Source: Patescibacteria group bacterium
GTDB taxonomy: Bacteria; Patescibacteriota; Microgenomatia; UBA1400; PJMF01
DNA: 64,000 nucleotides
Direction of reading: 5' to 3'
NCBI GenBank assembly: GCA_016861205.1
Contig: BOKX01000001.1
Coordinates: forward strand, 988,758-1,052,757
Below are positions 55,761 to 64,000 of the stretch, piece by piece (positions within the stretch are counted from its first letter, which is position 1; the number at the start of each line of letters is the position of its first letter). Below the pieces are notes generated by a model. The model was not told the DNA's origin. It did no database searches and was given only the letters and a program-made list of their open reading frames with translations. Made by a program: the position numbers and the translations under genes.

Positions 55761-57683
55761 ATGATAATTGAAGGCACTAACCCCGGTTCTGGTGAACAAC
55801 ATCAGAGTGTTGGCGAGAGAATGGCAAAAATTCGTCAAAACCTTCTGCGCAAGGGCCACAACAAAGATGAGATTCGCGCAAAAATGAACGATGCAGTAGC
55901 CCGCAAAGAAGCAGAAGAAAACCAGAGAGAGCGGGAGCACAAGATGCTGGCAAGAGCTGAACATCAAGGTAAAGTTCTGAGTAATCTTGACAGTAGTTTG
56001 TGGAATCTGGTGGAGACTTTTTCTGAACAACAGCCAGAAGCAATTCGGTTAGCTGAACAGGCTACCTTAAGTGCCTTATCGCAAGTAGCTGAGCAACTGG
56101 ACAGTCTTGACCCAGATTCTGGTGATGGCAGTCTGTACGTTGAACAAATCTGGCAAAAGTTGTCAAAACTGGCTCGGACCATTAATATTCCCAAAGAGTC
56201 ACCAGTTACCAAAATGTTGAACCGTTTATCTATTAAAGCTGCCTTTGCGCACGAGCGCGTGATGGCGGCCGTTCAACCTGACTACGATTTGTTGCAAGAG
56301 GACTTCAACAAAGCATTAGCCAACCTGGAAGATAGACCCAAGTTATTAATTAACAACTTGGATTTTGCTTTTGCAGTTGGGCGAATGGCGGCCCTTATTG
56401 ATAGTCTGGATGCAGCTAACAACCGGGAGTTTCTGGAAAAACGCGGCGAGGACCTGGAAAAAATTATTAAAGAACTTCGACCTGAGGTAATCAACCGACA
56501 ATTTGATGACGAGGGTCGAGTGACCAAAACAATTTGGGGTCCCAATCGATATTCGGACACATTTGTCTTTCTGCCGTTGGCTGAGCTTGATGACGTGATT
56601 GCCCGCAAACTGGGACAAGTATCAACCGCCCGACATTTGCCTAGTGTTCACGACAGATACCAGTTAGGTGCTGAAGTTCCGCCATATCAAGGAGAAGCCG
56701 ATTCGCCAAGACCCACAAAGGATAACCCTCTCAATTTGCGGCAGAGCGGGCAAGCTCCAGACCTGACTGACATGATATCTGGCCAGTACAAGCATTACCT
56801 TGAGAAATGGGCTGAGCATCGAGCAGAGGAACTTGTAAAAATAGCGGGAACACCAGCTCAGCGAGCTGAGAGAGACAAAAAAGAACGAACGGCACTTGGG
56901 GCGCCGAGAGAGTTGCCTGAAAACATGGTTATCAAGGGGGGCGAATGGGGCTTAGGTAGTGCTGCTGATCGAATCCAACAAATCAAAAACGAAGCTGATG
57001 CGCGCTATGGTCAAGCGAGAACCGAGTGGTATCGTGAGCTGAGTGCGGCAAGAAAGCAATCACCTCCCGACACTGAGACGATGAAGAGATTACAACGACA
57101 AATTGATGTCTCTCGGGCTCAAGAAGCTGCCGAGGTTATGGCCGAGATCAGTAAATTGAAGCAAGAAGCGGGCCTTCCTCAGCTAGAGGCAGCACTAAGA
57201 AACTCCAGATTGCCACAGTTTTTGCGAGAACTAGTCTTGGGTGATCCACAAAAAGGCGAAGAACCACTTGAGATCAAGTTCAAAGCGGGTGGAGGAACAA
57301 ATTGGGATATACAGCATCTGTTACATCAAGTCCAAAGTCAGGACCCAATGGACTATGAATCAGCCAAAAATCCATTGCCGAGAGTCAATGTTCGGGTTCA
57401 CAATGTATCTGAAACACCAAAAAGAGTCTTCCGAGGTGAAGCGAAGCCTGTTCGCCCAGTTGAGTCTATTGAAGGTCCCACGGACGAGGCTACACAAGTT
57501 GAGCAAGGTATGGCCATTATTAGAGCTCTTTTAGAGCAAGGTAGTGTGGAGAATAGTGAAACACCTACTCTGGGTGGTGGTCTGATTATTGACGATATAG
57601 ATCTAGGCGCCTTGAACCTCGATGAGATCGATTTTGGAGATCCTGGATCGCTTGCGGGGTTTGATTTTGAAGATATTGCCTAG
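55761..57683 (+). CDS. Large helical/coiled-coil hypothetical protein with acidic C-terminal tail
   Basis: 640-aa ORF, E/R/K-rich, ending DDIDLGALNLDEIDF...FDFEDIA. Confidence 0.75.
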   Translation: MIIEGTNPGSGEQHQSVGERMAKIRQNLLRKGHNKDEIRAKMNDAVARKEAEENQREREHKMLARAEHQGKVLSNLDSSLWNLVETFSEQQPEAIRLAEQATLSALSQVAEQLDSLDPDSGDGSLYVEQIWQKLSKLARTINIPKESPVTKMLNRLSIKAAFAHERVMAAVQPDYDLLQEDFNKALANLEDRPKLLINNLDFAFAVGRMAALIDSLDAANNREFLEKRGEDLEKIIKELRPEVINRQFDDEGRVTKTIWGPNRYSDTFVFLPLAELDDVIARKLGQVSTARHLPSVHDRYQLGAEVPPYQGEADSPRPTKDNPLNLRQSGQAPDLTDMISGQYKHYLEKWAEHRAEELVKIAGTPAQRAERDKKERTALGAPRELPENMVIKGGEWGLGSAADRIQQIKNEADARYGQARTEWYRELSAARKQSPPDTETMKRLQRQIDVSRAQEAAEVMAEISKLKQEAGLPQLEAALRNSRLPQFLRELVLGDPQKGEEPLEIKFKAGGGTNWDIQHLLHQVQSQDPMDYESAKNPLPRVNVRVHNVSETPKRVFRGEAKPVRPVESIEGPTDEATQVEQGMAIIRALLEQGSVENSETPTLGGGLIIDDIDLGALNLDEIDFGDPGSLAGFDFEDIA

Positions 57684-57722
57684 GGTGGCACAAGATACGT
57701 TTCGATAGTATAGTACTCCAAT

Positions 57723-58340
57723 ATGGCAGCCAAACTTCCTCGGGCCGTGTCCCGATTGATCGAGCAGTTTGAACGTTTACCAGGTGTGGGTCCCAAGTCT
57801 GCCCAAAGACTGGTCTTTTACTTGTTGCACAACCCAGAACACCAACTCCAAGAGTTTGCTGATCGGTTAGTGGCGCTCAAGCGTGAGACCGTGCTGTGCA
57901 GTCGTTGTCACAACGTCAGTGAAACTGATCCGTGTAGTATTTGTGATGACACCAGCCGAGATGAAGCCCAGCTGTGTGTGGTGGAACAACCTCTTGATCT
58001 GTTAGCGATTGAGCGATCAGAGCGGTTTACTGGCCGCTATCATGTGTTGCACGGTGCGATTTCGCCGCTTAATCATATTGGGCCAGACCAATTATTTCTG
58101 CACGATATTTTGAAACGTTTAGAACCAGTCGAGGAGCTGATCATTGCCACCAATCCCACCATGGAAGGGGAGTCAACAGCCCTCTACATCACTGAGCTGA
58201 TCAAGCAATCGCTACCGCCTGAACAAGCGGCTTCATTGAAAATTACCCGGATTGGTCACGGTTTACCGATCGGAGCTGACATTGAGTACGCCGATGGCGT
58301 GACGTTAGCTCGCGCTCTCGAGGGGCGTCGGCAGATGTAA
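57723..58340 (+). CDS. recR: Recombination mediator RecR
   Basis: LPGVGPKSAQR, CSRC..CSIC, YHVLHG, ATNPTMEGE. Confidence 0.98.
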   Translation: MAAKLPRAVSRLIEQFERLPGVGPKSAQRLVFYLLHNPEHQLQEFADRLVALKRETVLCSRCHNVSETDPCSICDDTSRDEAQLCVVEQPLDLLAIERSERFTGRYHVLHGAISPLNHIGPDQLFLHDILKRLEPVEELIIATNPTMEGESTALYITELIKQSLPPEQAASLKITRIGHGLPIGADIEYADGVTLARALEGRRQM

Positions 58341-58427
58341 AAGCGGACCCTCAAAAAGGTCGAGTTTTAGCCACTTTGTACTACTCTGTAACCTTGCTGT
58401 TTTGGCTTTTCTTTGCTAGTATGAACA

Positions 58428-58495
58428 GTGTCATGCAGATGTTGCTGACAAGAGGTGCCCTGGGTCCAGCTCGATGAGTTGGCTAGGGTTTTTTT
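58428..58495 (+). promoter_or_regulatory. Structured leader with terminator upstream of hpf
   Basis: TGCTAGTAT -10; hairpin TGTCA..TGACA; GCCCTGG..CCAGCTC-GAT-GAGTTGG-CTAGGGT-TTTTTT. Confidence 0.65.
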
Positions 58496-58552
58496 GTACT
58501 AACAGGTTCTAATTAGCCTCTCGTTAGAGCCCAAGGGAAGAAAGGAGCCTCG

Positions 58553-58936
58553 ATGCAAATCCTGGTTCAGTCCAAAACCTTGAGTATTACTGCCGCGCTG
58601 CGGGCGTTCATCGAACGCCAAGCACGCAAACTCAGTCGCCGGGGCGAACGCGTCCAAGCGGTGACCGTGTTTGTGGAAACCGTCGGCAAAAAGAAGAACG
58701 ATGTCCAGTCGGCCATCGCCAAGATGAAGGTGAGTCTGCCCGGTCGCGACCTGATGGTCGAGCGCCGAGCGCAAGACCTCTACGAAGCCGTCATCGACGT
58801 GACTGCCCGGGCTGCCCGGCAAATTCGCAAAACGAAAGAGCGTCGTATCCAGTTTAAACGCAGTTGGCGTTTACCCAGTTCCCAAGGGATTTGGGAAGAC
58901 AGATTAGCTGAAGTCCGCGAGCCAGCTCGCACCTAG
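58553..58936 (+). CDS. hpf: Ribosome hibernation factor HPF/RaiA (short form)
   Basis: MQILVQSKTLSITAALRAFIE, DLYEAVID..RQIRKTKER; SD AAGGAG. Confidence 0.92.
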   Translation: MQILVQSKTLSITAALRAFIERQARKLSRRGERVQAVTVFVETVGKKKNDVQSAIAKMKVSLPGRDLMVERRAQDLYEAVIDVTARAARQIRKTKERRIQFKRSWRLPSSQGIWEDRLAEVREPART

Positions 58937-58987
58937 TTGTCCAGACGACACTTGCAGAGTACCCCCGGGGCTTGCTATGGTTAGGTC

Positions 58988-59455
58988 ATGACCGATAGCA
59001 CCACCCCGGGGGGTGTTGGTTCTCCAGCTCCCGCACCGGTTTCCAGTGATCCAGCCAGCCAGCCGGCTCCAACCCCAGCTCCAACTCAACCAGCTGCTGC
59101 AGATAGTGCCAAAAAAAGCCCTCTCGATATCTTGGAAGAAATTTTGAATGAAACCCAAAATCAACAAGCCGGAGGCAAGGCGGCAGCTCCAGCTGCGGCT
59201 CCCGCTCCTGACCCAGCAGTTAGTGCTGAGGCTCAGGCTGCTGAACTAGCTCGCATTCAGGCTGAAAATGAGGCGCGCGCTGCGCGCGATCAAGCCGCTG
59301 CTCAAGCTAAGCTCGCTGACATCAAGGCTCAAACCAACTCGCCAGAGTACCAAGCCGCGGTTCAACAACAAACCTCCGAACAGCAAGCTCATGACCAGCA
59401 CACCCAAGCCCAAGAAGGATTTGAAATTGTTCAGCTGGGACACACTAAGCTGTAA
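58988..59455 (+). CDS. Hypothetical Ala/Pro/Gln-rich protein
   Basis: 155-aa low-complexity ORF. Confidence 0.7.
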   Translation: MTDSTTPGGVGSPAPAPVSSDPASQPAPTPAPTQPAAADSAKKSPLDILEEILNETQNQQAGGKAAAPAAAPAPDPAVSAEAQAAELARIQAENEARAARDQAAAQAKLADIKAQTNSPEYQAAVQQQTSEQQAHDQHTQAQEGFEIVQLGHTKL

Positions 59456-59492
59456 ACCGTAATCGACGCCAGTAGCGAGTACTGAACTGCCT

Positions 59493-60131
59493 ATGATTGG
59501 ACCCAAACCCGCTTTTCGACCGCGCCCTGGAGGGGGTTTTAACCCTGGTTTTGGGCAGATGAACGAACACTTGGATGAGTCGGCGGTTCAGGCAGCTTCA
59601 CAGCAAAAAGCCCTCCAGCAAACAGCTGGCTCAGTCTCAGCCAACCCACCTAGTGGCCCGGGTGCAGCCGCCCCAGGTGGCCTGCCAGCTGGTCCCAGTT
59701 CTGAACCCGTCAAACCCCGAGCCATGGGTAGCATTCCGGAAGAGCTGGTCGTGCGACCGGCCAAAGATATTGTCAAAGGACTGGCAAGTTTGTTTGATTT
59801 GAATGCCTGGCTCGGGATTCCTAAACAGGTTGACGACCCTCAAACTCAAGCCCGCAAGCAACAGATGCTGCAACGGTTCAATCGGCTGACCGATGAGCAG
59901 CAGGCTGAGGCGAAGCGTCGCTACGACTTGAATCTCAAGAAGAAGCAACAGGCTGAGCAGGAAAAGCAAGCTCGTGAACAGCAGCAGCGTCAGCAAGAAG
60001 CGCAAAGTTTGGAGATGCCAAGTAGTCCGCAAAAAGGCCCGGTTGGCCCAGGCAGCTCCAAGAAACAAAAAGCGGCCAATAAACTCCAGCAAGATCGCAA
60101 AACCTTGAGCGGGCCGTCGAGCGTAGGGTAG
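59493..60131 (+). CDS. Hypothetical Gln/Pro-rich protein
   Basis: 212-aa ORF with coiled segment. Confidence 0.7.
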   Translation: MIGPKPAFRPRPGGGFNPGFGQMNEHLDESAVQAASQQKALQQTAGSVSANPPSGPGAAAPGGLPAGPSSEPVKPRAMGSIPEELVVRPAKDIVKGLASLFDLNAWLGIPKQVDDPQTQARKQQMLQRFNRLTDEQQAEAKRRYDLNLKKKQQAEQEKQAREQQQRQQEAQSLEMPSSPQKGPVGPGSSKKQKAANKLQQDRKTLSGPSSVG

Positions 60132-60283
60132 GGGGATACTTTTAAACTGTACCAACAGCACTTCCACAGAAGCACTGTATCGTTAGAGTCTTTCACCAAC
60201 CTTACCTCTGATTCATTGCACCCTTGATCTTTGCCCCTAATTCGCGGAGAATTGCACCACCATAAAATCAGGCAAGGAGTGCC

Positions 60284-61741
60284 ATGAAGCTGTACAACAC
60301 CCTCACCCGTCAAATCGATGTGGTTGAGCCGATCCAACCCCCGCGCGTCGGCCTGTATGCGTGTGGATTGACGGTGTACGACTTCACTCACTTGGGGCAC
60401 TTGCGCAAGTACACCATGGACGATGTCCTGATTCGCACGCTGCGCCGAGCTGGCTATCAAGTCACCTTTGTGCAAAACGTGACCGATGTCGGCCACCTGA
60501 CCTCTGATAGTGACACAGGTGAAGACAAGTTGGAGAAGGGCGCTCGTAAGTATGGCAAAACAGCTTGGGATGTAGCCAAGGAGTTTGAAGAGTATTTCTG
60601 GCGGTCGATGGATGCCATGGGCAATGTGCGACCCGATGTCAGCTGCCGAGCCACTGAACACATTCCAGAACAGCTGGAGATGGTCAAAACCCTCGAAGCC
60701 AAAGGTTTTGCCTACGTGATTGACGATGACGGTGTGTACTTTGATACATCCAAACTTGATGACTATGGCAAGTTAGCTCTGATCGATATTGAACAACTGC
60801 GCGAAGGAGCCCGGGTCGAGCGCGTGGCTGGCAAACGTAATCCAACTGACTTTGCGCTGTGGAAGTTTGAGCGGCCGGGTGAAAACCGGGCCATGGCCTG
60901 GCCGAGCCCTTGGGCAGAGCGGAGCTTTCCGGGTTGGCATATCGAGTGTTCAGCTATGTCCATGAAGTACTTGGGTGAGCAGTTTGAGATTCACACCGGC
61001 GGCATTGATCACATCAACGTTCACCACACCAATGAGATTGCACAAGCCGAAGCAGCTACTGGCAAAAAACCTTTCGTGAAGTACTGGGTGCATCACAACT
61101 TTTTGCGAGTTGATGGCGAAAAAATGAGCAAGTCGCTCGGCAACTTTTTTACCATTGATGACATTGAAAAAAGAGGGTTGTCACCGAGAGCTCTGCGGCT
61201 GCTGTTTTTGACGACGCATTATCGCTCAGAGATGAACTTCACTTGGGGCAACTTAGAGGGTATGCAAAAAACTTGGGAACGGTTGATCCGCCAAGTGGTG
61301 CAACTGAAAGCTGAGACCGGACGAACGACTCTCTCCGAAGAGAAGCTCGACCAACTGAACGAGTATCGCCAGCGATTTGTGACTGCTATGGAAAACGATC
61401 TCGACACCCCAACCGCTGTGGCGGTGATGTGGGAAATGCTGAAGTCAAATATTCCCAGTCCCGATAAATACGATTTACTGATAGAGCTCGACGAACTGAT
61501 GGGGCTGGGTTTGAGGCAAGCGGACAGTTATCTGGCTGAAATTGAAGCTAAGCACCACGCACAGTCAGTGCGCGTCGAGGAGCTATCCGCCGAGCTCCAA
61601 CAAGTGGTCCAAGATCGCCAAACGGCCCGAGCCAACCAGGATTGGGCAGCGGCTGACGCAGCGCGAGATACGCTGCTCGCGGCTGGTTACACCATTAAGG
61701 ATACACCGCAAGGGCCTGTCCTTACCAAGACATCAATCTAA
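60284..61741 (+). CDS. cysS: Cysteine--tRNA ligase
   Basis: YACGLTVY..HLGH, NVTDVGH, DFALWK, PGWHIECSAM, KMSKS. Confidence 0.98.
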   Translation: MKLYNTLTRQIDVVEPIQPPRVGLYACGLTVYDFTHLGHLRKYTMDDVLIRTLRRAGYQVTFVQNVTDVGHLTSDSDTGEDKLEKGARKYGKTAWDVAKEFEEYFWRSMDAMGNVRPDVSCRATEHIPEQLEMVKTLEAKGFAYVIDDDGVYFDTSKLDDYGKLALIDIEQLREGARVERVAGKRNPTDFALWKFERPGENRAMAWPSPWAERSFPGWHIECSAMSMKYLGEQFEIHTGGIDHINVHHTNEIAQAEAATGKKPFVKYWVHHNFLRVDGEKMSKSLGNFFTIDDIEKRGLSPRALRLLFLTTHYRSEMNFTWGNLEGMQKTWERLIRQVVQLKAETGRTTLSEEKLDQLNEYRQRFVTAMENDLDTPTAVAVMWEMLKSNIPSPDKYDLLIELDELMGLGLRQADSYLAEIEAKHHAQSVRVEELSAELQQVVQDRQTARANQDWAAADAARDTLLAAGYTIKDTPQGPVLTKTSI

Positions 61742-61808
61742 TTCGGTGAGAACTCTGGCCATCGACTACCGCGTTTGCTTCGGGGGAAGCTCTCCAGTAT
61801 AATGAGAT

Positions 61809-62195
61809 TTACTCAAGCACGCGACAGAGGGTGGCGTAGATTTCGTCCGTACTGCTCAACGCGTGAATGACGCCAATTTTGCGACCCCAGTCAGTGCCTG
61901 GCACTACCGAGATAGGAGTCAAAAAATTGATAACAAACATGACTGGAATCAAGTGGTCGGTGGAGAGTTGTTTGACTCGCTCCAACACGCGAACTTGATC
62001 CTGAATCGGCAAGCTGGTGCTCAGCAGAACCAAGTCTGGTTTATCGCTGAGCTCTTTGAGTGCAGTTTGCAGATCGGAGTAGCGAGACAGTTTTTTGGCC
62101 GCCATAAACAGCTTATATGGTGACACCAAAGTTCGGTCCGTTTCGACGATAGCAACATGATTTGGTATCGGAGGCATTTGAGTCATCATAGACAA
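61809..62195 (-). CDS. Pseudo-receiver domain protein
   Basis: VAIVETD...KPDLVLLS..LP; the phosphoacceptor Asp is replaced by Ser. Confidence 0.55.
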   Translation of the reverse strand: MSMMTQMPPIPNHVAIVETDRTLVSPYKLFMAAKKLSRYSDLQTALKELSDKPDLVLLSTSLPIQDQVRVLERVKQLSTDHLIPVMFVINFLTPISVVPGTDWGRKIGVIHALSSTDEIYATLCRVLE

Positions 62196-62242
62196 AATGA
62201 TCTTTATAAGGTAGATTTAATTCTACAAACGAAGGAAGCAAA

Positions 62243-62548
62243 ATGTCAAATCCAAAACAGCTCACTTTAGGACAAAAAATCCGTATGGCCCGTCGCGAGA
62301 AGGGTTTGTCGCAGCGCGAAGTGGCCGACCACCTCAAGTTGAGTGACAAAGCGATCAGTTCTTACGAAGTTGACCGCAGTGAGCCAACTTTGGGTAATCT
62401 GAAAGAAATTGGCAAACTAACCGATAAACCGATCATGTACTTCGTCGATGATGATGCTAACTTTGAAGAGATGGCTTTGAAAAGCAAAATCATGACCATT
62501 GAGCGTGAGTTGAGAGCCATCAAGGATATCTTGACCAAGAAGAAGTAA
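62243..62548 (+). CDS. XRE-family HTH transcriptional regulator
   Basis: LGQKIRMARREKGLSQREVA..ISSYE..RSEP; C-terminal coiled coil. Confidence 0.92.
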   Translation: MSNPKQLTLGQKIRMARREKGLSQREVADHLKLSDKAISSYEVDRSEPTLGNLKEIGKLTDKPIMYFVDDDANFEEMALKSKIMTIERELRAIKDILTKKK

Positions 62549-62587
62549 GGGCTGCACTTCGAGCCAAATCAGACTGTTTCATCGCGC

Positions 62588-64000
62588 TTAGCGCCGTTTA
62601 AACATTTTTTCCAGCTCCAGAATAGTGATTTCGATTTGGGTGGGCCGACCGTGAGGGCATGTGGTGTGGTTTGGTGTTTGCCACAGTTTTAGCAGTAATT
62701 CTTGCCGCTGGGCTGGTGCTACAAAGTCACCGGCTTTAATAGCTTGATGACAAGCCAAATACGCGGCGGTTCGTTCAGCCTGTGAATCAAGTCCGACGAG
62801 CGGTTTACCACTTTCAATGTCGTGTAGCACTTCGTGCAGCACTGTTTCGATCGAGTGATCGAGCAACAGTTGTGGTACCTGACTGACCTGAAAAGTGTGT
62901 GGCCCAAACTCATTAATTTCCCAGCCCAGCTGAGAGAGGTCAGCCAGATGATCTTGTAGGAGCTGAGCATAGCTTGGTTCGAGCTGAATCAGGATTGGCT
63001 CGGAGAGAGTAGCCGATGTTGCGTGACCAGCTAGTTGGTTAAGTTGACTGATGTACTGCTCAAATAAAATTCGCTCGTGCACAGCATGCTGGTCAAACAA
63101 ACTTAAGCCGTGGGGAGTGGCCACTGCTAGATAGGTTCGATCAATCTGCATAATTTCAGGTGGTTGCTCAGAATCGAACTTCCATGGCAGGGTCACATTT
63201 TGTAGTTGGTCGCGAGTGTGGAGCGAAGTCAGCCGAGGTAACGGCTGCCAGTTTGGTCCTGAGTCTGCCAGAGATAATGGCAATGATGCAGGGCGGGGTA
63301 GTGTTGGATAACGTTGGGGTGGTGTATGAAGAGCATCGCTTAGTGCCTGGCGGAGGGTTTTCCAGATAGTGTCATCATCCATGATGCGCACGGTGGTTTT
63401 ACGTGGGTGGGTATTTACATCGAGAAACTGAGGCGGCAGTTCGATGTTGAGCATCAACCATGGTTCAAGTTTCGGTGGTAGCAAACTGCCGTAGACTTCT
63501 TTGCAGAGCTGGCTGAGCTGTGGCAGGCTGACTGGGCGATGATTTACGGCCAGAAAATGGTGCCGGCGATGGGGTTTGGCTAGCTGTGGCGAGCCGAGCC
63601 AACCTTGGAGTTTGACGGGCCAGGCTTCAAATGTGAGGGGATGGAGTTTGGTGGTGACTGTTTGGCCAAAAACATCGGTTAGCCGGGTGGCTGCGGTTTG
63701 GCCAGCTGGGACGAGTAACAGAATTTTATTCTGATGATAAAGGCTAAATCCGACATGCGGATGATGAATGGCCAACTGAGTCACGATCTCGACGCTGCGA
63801 CGCAGCTCGGTGCTGAGTTTTTTTAGAAACTTGAGCCGGGCGGGTTGGCGTTCGAATAAACCCAACACTTCAACTTGGGTGCCGGGCATCATGGCCTGAG
63901 GGTGCGGTGTGCTCAGCTGACCTTCGGTCACACGAATTTGAGTGCCGACAGCGCTCCCAGGTGGCCGGCTGGCCAGGACTACGTCTGCCACGCTGACCAG
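62588..64000 (-). CDS. mutL: DNA mismatch repair endonuclease MutL, partial (N-terminus outside window)
   Basis: GTQVEV..LF..PARLKFL, DVNTHPRK, DQHAVHERILFE, ACHQAIK, CPHGRP. Confidence 0.97.
   Translation of the reverse strand: MVSVADVVLASRPPGSAVGTQIRVTEGQLSTPHPQAMMPGTQVEVLGLFERQPARLKFLKKLSTELRRSVEIVTQLAIHHPHVGFSLYHQNKILLLVPAGQTAATRLTDVFGQTVTTKLHPLTFEAWPVKLQGWLGSPQLAKPHRRHHFLAVNHRPVSLPQLSQLCKEVYGSLLPPKLEPWLMLNIELPPQFLDVNTHPRKTTVRIMDDDTIWKTLRQALSDALHTPPQRYPTLPRPASLPLSLADSGPNWQPLPRLTSLHTRDQLQNVTLPWKFDSEQPPEIMQIDRTYLAVATPHGLSLFDQHAVHERILFEQYISQLNQLAGHATSATLSEPILIQLEPSYAQLLQDHLADLSQLGWEINEFGPHTFQVSQVPQLLLDHSIETVLHEVLHDIESGKPLVGLDSQAERTAAYLACHQAIKAGDFVAPAQRQELLLKLWQTPNHTTCPHGRPTQIEITILELEKMFKRR

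Noticed and set aside
60132-60283. Cys-sensing attenuator upstream of cysS
   Set aside because: No Cys-rich uORF or terminator hairpin found.
1-64000. Alternative genetic code (UGA recoding as in Gracilibacteria/Absconditabacteria)
   Set aside because: Conserved genes translate full length in code 11, and TGA ends dut, tmk and nadD at the expected positions.

Overview
Chromosomal window from a small-genome bacterium, most likely Patescibacteria/CPR of the Microgenomates group. This is inferred from the gene content, the short ThrRS and L1 proteins, the many Pro/Ser-rich surface proteins and the apparently leaderless genes; the genetic code is standard. Housekeeping content: rplL-rplJ, thrS, rplA-rplK-nusG-secE, rpmG, rpmB, four intact tRNAs (Thr-GGT, Tyr-GTA, Thr-TGT, Trp-CCA), a 6S-like RNA, epmA-efp, def-fmt, a divergent mreBCD-pbp2 block, dprA-topA, nadD-nadE, a ~8 kb dTTP synthesis/nucleotide-sanitation cluster, recR, hpf, cysS and mutL (partial). 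Most notable: (1) an AT-rich HNH endonuclease gene that lies between a decayed 5' half of one tRNA-Trp allele and an intact, different tRNA-Trp that it overlaps, which looks like a tRNA-replacing homing cassette; a second partial-plus-intact tRNA pair occurs at Thr(TGT). (2) A complete Thr-rich leader-peptide attenuator in front of thrS. (3) A uORF/terminator leader in front of hpf. (4) A cohesin/dockerin surface-protein pair. (5) Unusual enzymes in the nucleotide cluster: a giant Maf-like protein, a pseudo-nucleotidyltransferase/deaminase fusion and an HxHxQ HIT protein. All calls were made by eye from motifs; no database searches were run.
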